Part shown: positions 47,847 through 57,879 of the stretch, one piece after another
Layout: the number at the start of each line of letters is the position of its first letter
How positions within the stretch are numbered: position 1 is the first letter of the stretch
DNA from: Acidimicrobiia bacterium
GTDB taxonomy: Bacteria; Actinomycetota; Acidimicrobiia; Spongiisociales; ZC4RG35
DNA: 64,000 nt
NCBI GenBank assembly: GCA_965203555.1
Contig: CBDBCY010000004.1
Location: 2,272,001 to 2,336,000 of the forward strand
Reading direction: 5' to 3'
Notes under the pieces: model-generated
Seen by the model: the letters and a program-made list of their open reading frames with translations, nothing else
Databases searched by the model: none
Told to the model about the DNA's origin: nothing
Made by a program: the position numbers and the translations under genes

Positions 47847-50083
47847 TCTCTCCCCCCCGGCTGGACGCGGTCCCCAAGGTGACCGGCAGGGCGCGTTACG
47901 CGGTGGATTTCCGAGCCCCGAACATGCTTTATTCGTCATTGGTCCGATCAGAACGGGCTCATGCCATGCTGGAAGGCATCGACGCTTCGGCGGCGCTGGC
48001 CACCGAGGGGGTGGTGGCGGTTATCACCGGCTACGACCTCGCTCCGCTCTTCCCCCGCTTCGGTCACATCATCGCAGACCATCCCATCCTGGCGATCGAC
48101 AAGGTGCGTTACCTTGGCGAACCGGTGGCGCTGGTGCTGGCTGAGGATCGGTACGCCGCTTCGGACGGCGCGGAGTCGGTGCAGGTCGCCTACCGGGAAC
48201 TGGCGGCGGTGATGGATCCCGAGCAGGCCTTGGCGGAGGATGCTCCCCTGCTCCACACCACCGATTACGGGGTGGGTGACCGTTCCTTCGAGGAGGCTCA
48301 CTCGGAGTCTCGCTCCGACAACGTCTGCCACCGGGTGGAGCTTTCATGGGGAGACGTGGATCAGGCTTTGTCCGAAGCCGACCTGGTGGTGGAGACCTCT
48401 ACCTCTTATCCCAAGCTGTACGGCTATGCGATGGAGCCCTACAACGCTCTTGCCCGTTTCGAGGACGGGTATCTGAAGGTGATCACCACCGCTCAGCATC
48501 CGTTCATGGTCCGGGACGATCTGGCCCGGGTGTTCTCCCTGCCGCTCAGCCATGTTCGGGTCACCTCACCCTATGTGGGCGGCGGCTACGGCACCAAGTC
48601 CTACACCAAGGTCGAACCGCTGGCGGCGGTGGGCGCCTGGTACACCGGTCGACCGGTGAAGGTGGAACTCGACGCTACCGGCTCGATCCTCACTACCCGC
48701 GCCGACTCGGCTCAGGTCACCATCCGGTCCGGATTCAAGGCCGACGGCGTGCTTTTGGCCCGCGATGTTCGGTTGACCCTGGACACCGGCGCCTACGCCG
48801 ACAACGGGCCGTTGGTGCTTTCCAAGGCCTCTAATCGCTCCTTCGGTCCCTACCGGAACGAAAACGTGCGGGTGAGCGGCACCGCGGTGTACACCAATAC
48901 GGTTCCGTCTTCCTCCTATCGGGGATTCGGCGCCCCGCAGGTCAGCCTGGCGTCCGAGCTCAACATGGATCAGGCTGCCCAGCAACTGGGTGTCGACCCC
49001 GTCCAGTTGCGTCGCCGCAATCTCATTCCACCCGGCGAGCGTCACTATCCGGGCAAACGCCCGATGGACGCCGATCTGGTGTCCGACCTCGACCTTCTGG
49101 CGGAGGCGCTGGGCTGGGGGGACCCGGTGGAGGAGCGCCAGGGAATCGGGTTCGGGGTGACCGCCTCCGACGCGGGGGCCTACCCGGTCTCCACCGCCAC
49201 GGTCAAGATTCTCCCCGACGGTTCGGTGCTGGTGTCGACCGGCTCGTCGGAGATGGGGCAGGGGAGCAGAACGGCGCTGGCCGTGATCGCCTCCCGGGAG
49301 TTGGGAGTTGCCTTGGAGAGGGTGGCCATAGCCCAATCCGACACGCACGCCACTCCTTATGAACGGACCTCTGGAGCGAGCCGTACCACCACCCTCACCG
49401 GCCTGGCCGTCCAGAGGGCCTGTTCGGAACTGTTGTCGCGTCTGGAGACGGCAGCTGCGGAACTTCGGGGAGGTCCGCTCACCGAAGTAAAGGCGGCTGA
49501 AGGGATGGTGGTAGGGCCGTGGGGCGATCTCACTTTCGGAGAGGTGGTGCAGGGTTGGTTCGGCGGCCGGCTGGGAGAGCTGTCGGCCACCGGGGTGGTG
49601 CGCCGGGTGGGAGAGTTGGAAGAGCTTCCTCCCTTCTGGGAGATCGGGGTGTCGGGGGTGAAAGTGCGTGTCGACTCCGACACCGGCCAGGTGACCTGTC
49701 TGCGCATGGTTACGGTGGCCGACGTCGGCCATGCCATTCATCCGGAGATGCTCAAGGGGCAGGATGTGGGAGCGGCCACCCAGGGGCTGGGTGCGGCGCT
49801 CTATGAAGAATTGGTGTACGACGGCCCGCAGTTGGTCAACTCCAACCTGGTGGAGTACCGGGTTCCCCGCGCCGGGGACATGCCCACCCAGATCGTGACC
49901 ATCGTGGCGGAGCGTGGTGACGGGGTGGGTCCCTACGGCGCCAAAGGGGGAGGGGAGGGAACTCTGAATCCCATAGGGGGAGCCACCGCCGCCGCGGTCG
50001 GCCGGGCGGTGGGCCGCTGGCCGGACCGGCTGCCACTCACTCCGGAACGAGTGTGGAGATTGATGAGAGGAGACGGAAGCTGA
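47843..50083 (+). CDS. Xanthine dehydrogenase family molybdopterin-binding subunit
   Basis: KVTGRARY, AQHP, VGGGYGTK, YRGFGAPQ, EMGQG, GAKGGGEG. ATG 47843 overlaps the previous stop. Confidence 0.9.
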   Translation: MISPPRLDAVPKVTGRARYAVDFRAPNMLYSSLVRSERAHAMLEGIDASAALATEGVVAVITGYDLAPLFPRFGHIIADHPILAIDKVRYLGEPVALVLAEDRYAASDGAESVQVAYRELAAVMDPEQALAEDAPLLHTTDYGVGDRSFEEAHSESRSDNVCHRVELSWGDVDQALSEADLVVETSTSYPKLYGYAMEPYNALARFEDGYLKVITTAQHPFMVRDDLARVFSLPLSHVRVTSPYVGGGYGTKSYTKVEPLAAVGAWYTGRPVKVELDATGSILTTRADSAQVTIRSGFKADGVLLARDVRLTLDTGAYADNGPLVLSKASNRSFGPYRNENVRVSGTAVYTNTVPSSSYRGFGAPQVSLASELNMDQAAQQLGVDPVQLRRRNLIPPGERHYPGKRPMDADLVSDLDLLAEALGWGDPVEERQGIGFGVTASDAGAYPVSTATVKILPDGSVLVSTGSSEMGQGSRTALAVIASRELGVALERVAIAQSDTHATPYERTSGASRTTTLTGLAVQRACSELLSRLETAAAELRGGPLTEVKAAEGMVVGPWGDLTFGEVVQGWFGGRLGELSATGVVRRVGELEELPPFWEIGVSGVKVRVDSDTGQVTCLRMVTVADVGHAIHPEMLKGQDVGAATQGLGAALYEELVYDGPQLVNSNLVEYRVPRAGDMPTQIVTIVAERGDGVGPYGAKGGGEGTLNPIGGATAAAVGRAVGRWPDRLPLTPERVWRLMRGDGS

Positions 50084-50775
50084 TGGATGTGAGCAGGCTG
50101 GAGCCGTGGGTGGCGGAGGCGCGCCGCCGCTACCGGACCGCCGAGGATATGGTCACCGGAGTTCTCCGGGAGGCGATCGTCACCGGCGCGTTCAGTCCCG
50201 GAGAGCGACTTCCCCAGGATCAGCTGGCCGAGTTGTTGATGGTCAGCCGTATGCCCATCCGTGCCGCCCTGCGCCAACTGGACTCCGAAGGGCTGGTGGT
50301 CAACATTCCCCATCGCGGCGCCAAGGTGCGGGAATTGTCACCTGCCGAGTTGCGTGAGTTGTACGAACTGCGGGTGGTGGTGGAGTGTTTTGCATTGCGC
50401 CGGTCGGTGGGGGAGGCCGTTCCCACGGACCTTCTGGAGTTGGGGGAACTGGCCGAAAGCTGCGAAGAAGCCGAGGAAGGAGATGAGTGGATCCGACAGA
50501 GGTGCGCCTTCTACCGGCGGCTTTACACCATTGGCAACGGAGTCAGGGTGGTGGATACCATCATGGCGCTTCGCGCCGAAGTGAGCCGGTACTTGTTGCG
50601 GAAGAGGTTCTGTCCCGGGTGGCACCGAGAATTGCTGGATATTCTGGCCAAGGGCGATGCCGAAGAGGCTGCCAAGTCCCTCGAGGACCATCTGATGGAG
50701 GTGCTGGAGTCGATGGAAGAGGAGATCAGCGCCGCCAATGGGTGGAACGGAGCAGGGGACCGGGAGGAAGGATGA
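50083..50775 (+). CDS. GntR family regulator (FCD domain)
   Basis: LREAIVTGAFSPGERL, VSRMPIRAAL, ELYELR. Confidence 0.9.
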   Translation: MDVSRLEPWVAEARRRYRTAEDMVTGVLREAIVTGAFSPGERLPQDQLAELLMVSRMPIRAALRQLDSEGLVVNIPHRGAKVRELSPAELRELYELRVVVECFALRRSVGEAVPTDLLELGELAESCEEAEEGDEWIRQRCAFYRRLYTIGNGVRVVDTIMALRAEVSRYLLRKRFCPGWHRELLDILAKGDAEEAAKSLEDHLMEVLESMEEEISAANGWNGAGDREEG

Positions 50776-51722
50776 GAAAGGAGCAGGTTGCTTTCTACAG
50801 CCACGGGGAGAGAGTGGTGGGTACCCTGCACCTGCCCGATTCGAGCGGGAGCCGTCCAGGTCCGGCCATAGTTCAGGGACCGGGCTGGATGGGTTTGCGC
50901 ACCGCCGGGCTGTACGGTCCCTACCACCAGGCCTTTGTGTCGGCGGGAATGGCGGTCCTGATCATCGACTACCGGGGGTTCGGCGATTCGGGAGGCGATC
51001 TGATGGCCTTCTCCCCGGCGCGACAACTGGAAGATCTGATCAATGCGGTGACCTATCTCACCACTCGCCCCGAGGTGGATGCCGATCGGATCGGCGCATT
51101 CGGGTCGGGAGGGACGGGGGGCGGCAATGCGGTTTGCCTGGCTGCATCGGATGCGAGGGTGAGGAGCGTGGTCTCCCAGGTTCCGGTTGCCGACGGTCGC
51201 GACTGGCTGCGGAGAATGCGACGGGGCTACGAGTGGCAGGAATTCTTGGAGCGGATACAAACCGACAGGGCCAAGAGGGTGATCACCGGCCAGGGGGAGT
51301 TGGTCCATCCCCAAGAGATCATGATTCCAACTCCTGAACGGAGGGCCACCAGCATAAAAAAGGACGTCGATTCCCGGGTTCCCGTTCGCCTGCCCCTGGC
51401 GGCGGCGGAGGGGATCATGGCCTACCAACCGGTCGAGATGGTTGATCGGATCTCTCCCCGGCCGTTGCTGATCGTGGCGGTGGAAAACGATCCGGTCACC
51501 CCCACCGATCACGCCCGGGCGCTCTACGACCGGGCCGGTCCGCCCAAGAAACTGATTGTTCAGCGGCACACCACCCATTACGCCGCCTACCGGCAATACG
51601 GCAGGACGATCATTCCCCACATAGTGGGCTGGTTTCGAAAAGGTCTGGGGACGGCCAGGATAAAGGCTGTCGAAGCAACCACGGACAAAGAGGAGCACAT
51701 GATTATCGAGGAGATCGAATGA
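50772..51722 (+). CDS. Alpha/beta hydrolase with an atypical nucleophile elbow
   Basis: DYRGFGDSGG, EVDADRIGAFGSGGTGGG, ISPRPLL..NDPVTP, HY. ATG 50772 overlaps the GntR stop. Confidence 0.8.
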   Translation: MRKEQVAFYSHGERVVGTLHLPDSSGSRPGPAIVQGPGWMGLRTAGLYGPYHQAFVSAGMAVLIIDYRGFGDSGGDLMAFSPARQLEDLINAVTYLTTRPEVDADRIGAFGSGGTGGGNAVCLAASDARVRSVVSQVPVADGRDWLRRMRRGYEWQEFLERIQTDRAKRVITGQGELVHPQEIMIPTPERRATSIKKDVDSRVPVRLPLAAAEGIMAYQPVEMVDRISPRPLLIVAVENDPVTPTDHARALYDRAGPPKKLIVQRHTTHYAAYRQYGRTIIPHIVGWFRKGLGTARIKAVEATTDKEEHMIIEEIE

Positions 51723-53110
51723 ACATCAACAGAGTCATCAGAGGCGCCGCGGTGGTCAGGGAGGGTTGTCTGCAGGAGATGGACATTATGGTGGCCGGGG
51801 AGCGGATCTCCGGGCTGGCCGTGCCGGGTGCCATCGCGCCCCCCTTTTCCGCTGAGGTGGTGGAGGCTGACGGATTGTGGGCTTTGCCGGGGGGAGTCGA
51901 TGTCCATGTCCACTTGCGGGAACCCGGTTATACCCACAAGGAGGACATCGAGACCGCCACCCGCGCCGCGGCGGCCGGCGGCTACACCACCGTGTTGGGG
52001 ATGCCCAACCTGAAGCCGCCCACCATGACCGCCGACGATCTCCGGGAGACTTTGAAGTTGTACGACCGAAAGAGCCTGGTGGACTACAACCACAATCCCG
52101 CCGCCAAGCAAAAAGAGGAACTGGCGGAGATGGCGACAATGGGGATCGCCGCCTACAAGATCTACATGGTCGCCGATACCGGCCGGTCGTATCCGCATCC
52201 TGCCGCCATCGGGGTTCATGATCACGGACATCTCTTGGAAGCGATGCAGACCGTGGCCGAAACCGGTCTGATTTTGATGGTCCATCCTCATGACCAACGC
52301 ATAGAAGAAGTGGTGGAGCAGCGTTTCTGGGATGCGGGGGACCGATCCCCCGAGGCGTATGCACGCACTCTGATGACCGGAGACGGGATGCTGTGGGACA
52401 CCGCTTCCGCTCTCCTGATCCGCATGGCCGAGGCCACCGGCTGTCGATTGCACATTGTGCACACCACCACCACCCGCCAGATCGAGATGATCCGAGCGGC
52501 GCGCCGGCGCGGCGTGGCGGTTACCTGCGAGGCGAATCATTGGACACTGTTTCTCGCCACCTGGGAGTTGGTGAAGGAGTTGGGTCCCTACGTGCTTTCG
52601 TATTGGGTTCCCCCCCATCACCAGGAAGCGGTGTGGAGAGCCCTGGCCGATGGGTCCATCGACATGGTCGCCTCCGATCACGCTCCCCACACCAGGGAGG
52701 AGAAGGACGTCGGCTACCGGGACATGTGGGCCGCTCACACCGGAACCCCCGGGATCCAATACCAGTTGCCTCTCCTGATCGACGCCCACCATCAGGGCCG
52801 GATCTCCCTGGCCCGGCTGGTGGAGGTGGTGGCGGGCGCCCCCGCCCGGCTGTTCGGTCTCTCCGGAAAGGGCCGGATCGAGCCGGGCGCCGACGCCGAC
52901 CTGGTCCTGGTCGATCCTCACAGGGAGTGGACGATCACCAACGAGTCGGTGCTTTCCAAGATCGACTGGACTCCCTATCACGGACGAACAATTAGGGGAG
53001 CGGTGCGGCGCACGATGGTGCGGGGGACCGACGTCTACGTCGATGGAGAAGTTGTAGGGACCCCAGGCTTTGGTCGCCAAGCTGTTCCCGACGCCCCCAA
53101 TAGGAGTTGA
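51719..53110 (+). CDS. Dihydroorotase/allantoinase-family cyclic amidohydrolase
   Basis: PGGVDVHVHLREPG, AAAAGGYTT..MPN, YKIYM, HIVH, ASDHAPH, GADADLV. Confidence 0.88.
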   Translation: MNINRVIRGAAVVREGCLQEMDIMVAGERISGLAVPGAIAPPFSAEVVEADGLWALPGGVDVHVHLREPGYTHKEDIETATRAAAAGGYTTVLGMPNLKPPTMTADDLRETLKLYDRKSLVDYNHNPAAKQKEELAEMATMGIAAYKIYMVADTGRSYPHPAAIGVHDHGHLLEAMQTVAETGLILMVHPHDQRIEEVVEQRFWDAGDRSPEAYARTLMTGDGMLWDTASALLIRMAEATGCRLHIVHTTTTRQIEMIRAARRRGVAVTCEANHWTLFLATWELVKELGPYVLSYWVPPHHQEAVWRALADGSIDMVASDHAPHTREEKDVGYRDMWAAHTGTPGIQYQLPLLIDAHHQGRISLARLVEVVAGAPARLFGLSGKGRIEPGADADLVLVDPHREWTITNESVLSKIDWTPYHGRTIRGAVRRTMVRGTDVYVDGEVVGTPGFGRQAVPDAPNRS

Positions 53111-53113
53111 ACC

Positions 53114-54091
53114 ATGAATTTCGGATTGTTGCTGCCCCACTTCGGTCGTCACATCGACCGCGACATGCTCTGGGACGGGGCGAGGAGAGCAGAGGAACTG
53201 GGCTTTGACTCCCTGTGGGTCAGAGACCATCTGATGTTCGAGCCCCATGGAGAATTCGAGGCGCCCAACAGGTCTTTTCTGGAGCCCTTAACGGTGCTGA
53301 CGTCGGTGGGGGCAGTCACTTCCTCGATCATGCTGGGAACAGCAACCCTGATTCCCTATCGTCATCCGCTGGTGGTTGCCGCCACCCTTGCTTCGGTCGA
53401 TTCGCTGGTCGGCAATGGCCGCCTGATCACCGCCTGGGGGGCCGGCGGCTATGACTTCGAATTCGAAGCCGTTGGGATCACCGGCGTATTCCGACCCGAG
53501 TTGGTGGAGTCCAATGCGCGGATCCTGGCCAAGATTCTCTCCGAGGACCACGTCACCTACCAGGACAGGCACTACCGGTTCGAGAACGCCACCATCCGCC
53601 CCCATCCCGCCACTCCCATTCCCTTCTGGTACGGAGGGGCCACTCCCGCCTCGGCTCGCCGAGCCGCCACCTATTGCAGCGGCTGGATGCCGGGACGGAT
53701 CACCCTTCCCACCATCGCCAAGCGGGTGGCCCAGATGCAAGGGCTCACCCGGGAGAACGGACGTCCCATGCCGACGGTCGCCTGCATACCGCCCACCAGC
53801 ATCGCCGAGACCACCGAGGAGGCCATGGCCGGGACGTCGCTCGAAGGACTTCTCGCCTGGGCCAACACCCGCGGCAAATGGTGGGTCAAGCCTCCTTCGG
53901 GTCGCTTCGAGACCGCCGAGGACATCGAAGGTTCCCTGATCGCAGGAACCCCGGACGAGGTGGTAACCGCCACCGCCAAGTTCGAAGACGTGGGCGTCGA
54001 CCACCTGGTCTTCGACCTGCGTCTCTCCTTCGACCGATGGCTTCAGAGCATCGACCTGCTGGGCAGAGAGGTGATCCCCCGCCTTCGATAA
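53114..54091 (+). CDS. LLM-class (luciferase-like) flavin/F420-dependent oxidoreductase
   Basis: AEELGFDSLWVRDH, YRHP, FWYGG, IAGTPDEV. Confidence 0.87.
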   Translation: MNFGLLLPHFGRHIDRDMLWDGARRAEELGFDSLWVRDHLMFEPHGEFEAPNRSFLEPLTVLTSVGAVTSSIMLGTATLIPYRHPLVVAATLASVDSLVGNGRLITAWGAGGYDFEFEAVGITGVFRPELVESNARILAKILSEDHVTYQDRHYRFENATIRPHPATPIPFWYGGATPASARRAATYCSGWMPGRITLPTIAKRVAQMQGLTRENGRPMPTVACIPPTSIAETTEEAMAGTSLEGLLAWANTRGKWWVKPPSGRFETAEDIEGSLIAGTPDEVVTATAKFEDVGVDHLVFDLRLSFDRWLQSIDLLGREVIPRLR

Positions 54092-54104
54092 GGGCCGTTC
54101 GTTC

Positions 54105-54269
54105 GCCACCCTCGAATGCGTGGACTGGTACCCGTCTACCGCAGATTCCTCGAACCCATAGAAGACATCCCACCCGCCCGAAAAGGAAACCAACTACTGT
54201 AATAATAGACTTGTACCACAAACCGGAGAACTACTCACACAAAACACCGGTAAACCCGGGGCGGTCCAG
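54105..54269 (+). mobile_element. IS3-family right-end remnant
   Basis: Degenerate ATLECVDWY..RRFLEPIEDIPP integrase C-terminus, followed by an IRR-like GGTAAACCCGGGGCGGTCCA. Confidence 0.7.
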
Positions 54270-54436
54270 TTGAGAGGATTCCTAGCTAGTGATAAGTCTG
54301 TCAAGTAACGGAATAGGTCGGGATCTGGCCTCGCATAGGCTAAACGCCTGCGTGGTGCTGCGTGGAGGCCGGCCGTTTGACCTACTCGACCAAATGGCAG
54401 ACATACCACCGGAAACATAGGGGAGGATTGCTCCAA

Positions 54437-56459
54437 ATGCTCCGCTTGGCCGAAGAACTGCTGCTGTTGCTCTTGGACGACCGGACCGGTGACTTTTCCA
54501 ACCTGCCCGACCGGACCTTGGGCTACGCACTGGCCGGGGTGGCGCTGATGGATCTGGCCCTGGAGGGCCGGATCGACACGGACACCGACTCGCTCACCCT
54601 GACCGACCCGACGCCGGTGGGCGACGACCTGCTGGACCCCATCCTGGCCGATATCGCCGAGGAACTCAACGCCCGGCCCGACGCGCTCCCGACCGTCTTC
54701 TGGATCAGACGCATCGCGGAACGGGCGCACGAACTGCGGGACAACGCCCTGGCGCGACTGGCGGACAGGGGCATCCTGGACGCCGACGACGGGCTGACGA
54801 TGTTTGCCCTCTCCCGCCTGACGGCGCGCGCCAGGCGGTACCCCCGGGCGGAGGGGGAGTCAGAACGGGAAATTCATGCCCGAGTTATGGGCGTCCTGTT
54901 CGGCAGCGACATACCGTCGCCGGAGGACGCCATGATCGTCGGGCTGGCTCATGCGTGCGGCGCCTTCCGGCAGATGCTGACCACAGCGGAGTATGAGGAA
55001 GTGGAGGGCCGAATAGAGCTTGTCGCCAGGCTGGACCTGATCGGGCAGTCGGTGACGGGCGCCATCCGCAACCTGAGCCTGGCGGAGTCCCATACCCTGA
55101 CCCGGGTCATCCGGGACCAGGGCGGCGGCTGGCCGCGGGCCTCCGGGGGACTGCCCTTGGTCGGCCACGCTCTCCGGCTGAGCGGCGACCTCCGCGCCTT
55201 CTTCACCGAGCAGTATCTCCGACACGGCCCGGTGTTCGAGGTCAGCGCCTTCGGAAGAAAAATGGTGGTGCTGGCGGGGCAAGAAGCCAATTTATTCATG
55301 AGACGGGAGGGAAAGTCCCATCTGCGAAACCGGGAGCTTTTCGCCGGGTTCTCCCATGAAGTGGGTGCGGCCAACGTCGTGACGGGCATGGACGGAGCGG
55401 ACCATCGCCGCCTGCGCCAGACCATGCGCTCCGGCTACTCCCGGGCCCACTATCTGCGGAAGATGTCCGACGCCGTCGCTGTCGTGGAGCGCGAGCTGTC
55501 ACAGTTACCGTTGCAACGGCCCATAGCCGGTTATCACACCATGCAGCGCATCATGACCGAGCAGATAAGCGTGGTTTCGGCCGGCACCTCCTCCGACGGC
55601 TACCTGGAGGACGCCGTCACTTTCATCGAAATGCTGGAGTTGGTTCATCTGGCTCAGCGGCGCCCGAAGTTCATGCTGCGGACTCCGCGGTTCAGACGGG
55701 CGCGGCAGCGCTTGGAAGAGCTCTTCGAGAAGGTACTGGCGTCCCACGAGCCAGAGTTGCGGGAAGGCGCCCAGCGGGACCTGGTGGACGACCTGCTGGA
55801 ACTCCGTCGTTCCTCTCCCGACTTCATGCCGGACACGGACCTGTTCATCAACGTGATGGGACCCTTTCTGGTTGGCGTAGACACGGTGTCCGGCTCCGTC
55901 TCATTCATGCTCTACGCCCTGCTGAAGCACCCCAGCCTGCTGGAGCGGGTGCGGGCCGAGGCCGACGGGCTGTTCGCCGGCGCCGGGCCGGACCCGGAGA
56001 AGCTCCGCGGGATGACGGTAACCCAGGGGGTCATCCTGGAAACCCTGCGAATGTATCCCATAGTGCCGGCCCTGAAGCGCACCGTGACCAACTCCTTCGA
56101 CTTCGCGGGGTACCGGATCCCCGCCGGGACCCAAGTGCTCATGGCAGTGGCCGTCCCGCACTACCTGCCGGAGTTCTTTTCCGACCCGCAGCGCTTTGAC
56201 ATTGACCGCTATTCGCCCGAGCGCCGGGAAAACATCCGGCCTGGAGCTTTCGCTCCCTTCGGGCTGGGCCACCACAGTTGCCTGGGACAGGGTTTCGCCC
56301 AGGCGCAGATGCTCCTCACAATCGCCACCATGCTGCACCGGGCGGAAATAGCGTTGGATCCGCCGGATTACCGGCTGAAGATCAGCCATGCGCCGGTGCC
56401 CAGCCCGGACCGCAATTTCAGGTTCCGGCTACTGCGAAGACGACGGGGGGGGGGGGTGA
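54437..56459 (+). CDS. GPP34/GOLPH3-domain - cytochrome P450 fusion
   Basis: ATG 54437 after GGGAGG. N-terminal LAEELLLLLLD..LAGVALMDLALEGRI..PTPVGDDLLD (GPP34-like). P450 motifs VGVDT, ETLR, FDIDRY, FGLGHHSCLG. The natural stop is probably TGA 56457-59, reached if the G12 run were G11; as given the ORF reads to 57037. Confidence 0.82.
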
Positions 56460-57710
56460 TTGAGCGCCATATCCACTCCGAACGCCAGGTCGCAGCGTCT
56501 CTACGACCTGGACGCCCTGCGGGCCGTGGCCATGTTCCTGGGCGTGGTACTGCACGGCTCCATCTTCGTGCTGCCTGCCCCCCAGCACCTGTGGCCGATT
56601 CACGACCCGGCCGCCACCGGCGACCCGACCTACAAGGTGGTCATCGACTTCATCCACGGCTTCAGAATGCCGGTGTTCTTCCTGCTCAGCGGCTTCTTCA
56701 GCGCCCTGCTCTGGCAACGGCGCGGCCTGCGCGCCCTGGCGGTACAGCGCCTGAAGCGCGTCGGGATTCCCTTCATCGTATCCTGCCTCACCATCCTCCC
56801 CCTCAGCGTTTGGCTGCTCCAGCTCATCGCCGGCCGGGTGGAGCCCTACGACTTCCCGCCGTGGGCGCTGCCCCTGATCTGGCTGTTCGGCACCCTGGGG
56901 CATCTCTGGTTCCTGTGGTACCTGCTGCTGCTGATGGGCTGCTTCCTAGCGGCGGCGCGGGCCGGACTTCAGTTCCTGCATCCCGCTTGGTGGCTTATGA
57001 TACCCCTCTCCCTGGGGACTTCGCTCCTGATGGTTGATCCGGTCTACGGGCCGGACACCGCCGTAACCATCGTCCCGAGGCCGGCCCTGTTTTTCCACTA
57101 CGCCTGCTTCTTCGTATTGGGGGCCTTCTTTTACCGGCGCGGCATGACCGTCCGCCGCCGGTGGGCCGCGGCCCTGCCGCCTGCCGCACTAACCTTCTGG
57201 GCCGGCTATTACCTGCTGGAAAAATACCTGGCGCCCTTTGGCGGGGACAGTGCCGAGGCCGGGACGGCTTTCCTGTTCAGGAACAACCTGACCCTCTTCG
57301 CCGCGCTGCTGGAGGCCGCTTTCGCCTGGCTGATGTGTTTCGGGCTGATGGGGCTTTTCCGCTGGGCGGCGTCCAGGGAAAGTTTTGCCGTGCGCTATCT
57401 TTCCGATGCGTCCTATTGGATGTACCTGATTCATCTGCCGCTGGTGGTCATCGCCCAGCACCTGGTGTTGAATCTGCCCATCCACTACCACCTGAAGTTC
57501 CTGCTGGTGGTGGCCGGGGCCAGCGTGGCCCTGCTGGCAACCTATCAACTGGCCGTGCGATACACCATCATTGGCCGGACGCTGAACGGGCCACGGACCC
57601 GCCGCCGGCCCGGCTCGGCAACCCGGGCGGTCCAGCCTCCGCCAGCCAGAGGGCCACGGATGAGAGGGACTCGTGCCGACCAAGTGCCGGCTACACGGAG
57701 GCCTTCGTAG
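56460..57710 (+). CDS. Acyltransferase family 3 (OpgC/MdoC-like) membrane protein
   Basis: RLYDLDALRAVAMFLGVVLH, FRMPVFFLLSGFF, HLWFLWYL, YLSDASYWMYLIHLP. Confidence 0.88.
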   Translation: MSAISTPNARSQRLYDLDALRAVAMFLGVVLHGSIFVLPAPQHLWPIHDPAATGDPTYKVVIDFIHGFRMPVFFLLSGFFSALLWQRRGLRALAVQRLKRVGIPFIVSCLTILPLSVWLLQLIAGRVEPYDFPPWALPLIWLFGTLGHLWFLWYLLLLMGCFLAAARAGLQFLHPAWWLMIPLSLGTSLLMVDPVYGPDTAVTIVPRPALFFHYACFFVLGAFFYRRGMTVRRRWAAALPPAALTFWAGYYLLEKYLAPFGGDSAEAGTAFLFRNNLTLFAALLEAAFAWLMCFGLMGLFRWAASRESFAVRYLSDASYWMYLIHLPLVVIAQHLVLNLPIHYHLKFLLVVAGASVALLATYQLAVRYTIIGRTLNGPRTRRRPGSATRAVQPPPARGPRMRGTRADQVPATRRPS

Positions 57711-57879
57711 AGAGAGCCGTCAGCTGGGATGAAACCCAGGGATGTGGGGACAACCGGCGCCTGATTGCGACTCCATCACGGGCTCTCCGGGGAGAGATGC
57801 CCTGGTCATGAGGCCGGCAGGGACCGGAGGAGGGGGCCAGGCATTCGGCCCTGCGCGTTGTCGTGGGTTGGGGTCTGCA

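Noticed and set aside
46110-50083. coxG/M/S/L-like genes as aerobic CO dehydrogenase
   Set aside because: The large-subunit loop is SSYRGFG, not the AYRCSFR of form I CODH, and the context is heterocycle catabolism.
56460-57037. C-terminal ~190 aa of the 891-aa P450 ORF as a real domain, or a P450-acyltransferase fusion
   Set aside because: The tail is an Arg/Pro/Ala-rich alternate frame of the acyltransferase; an in-frame TGA directly before the TTG prevents fusion at any tract length.
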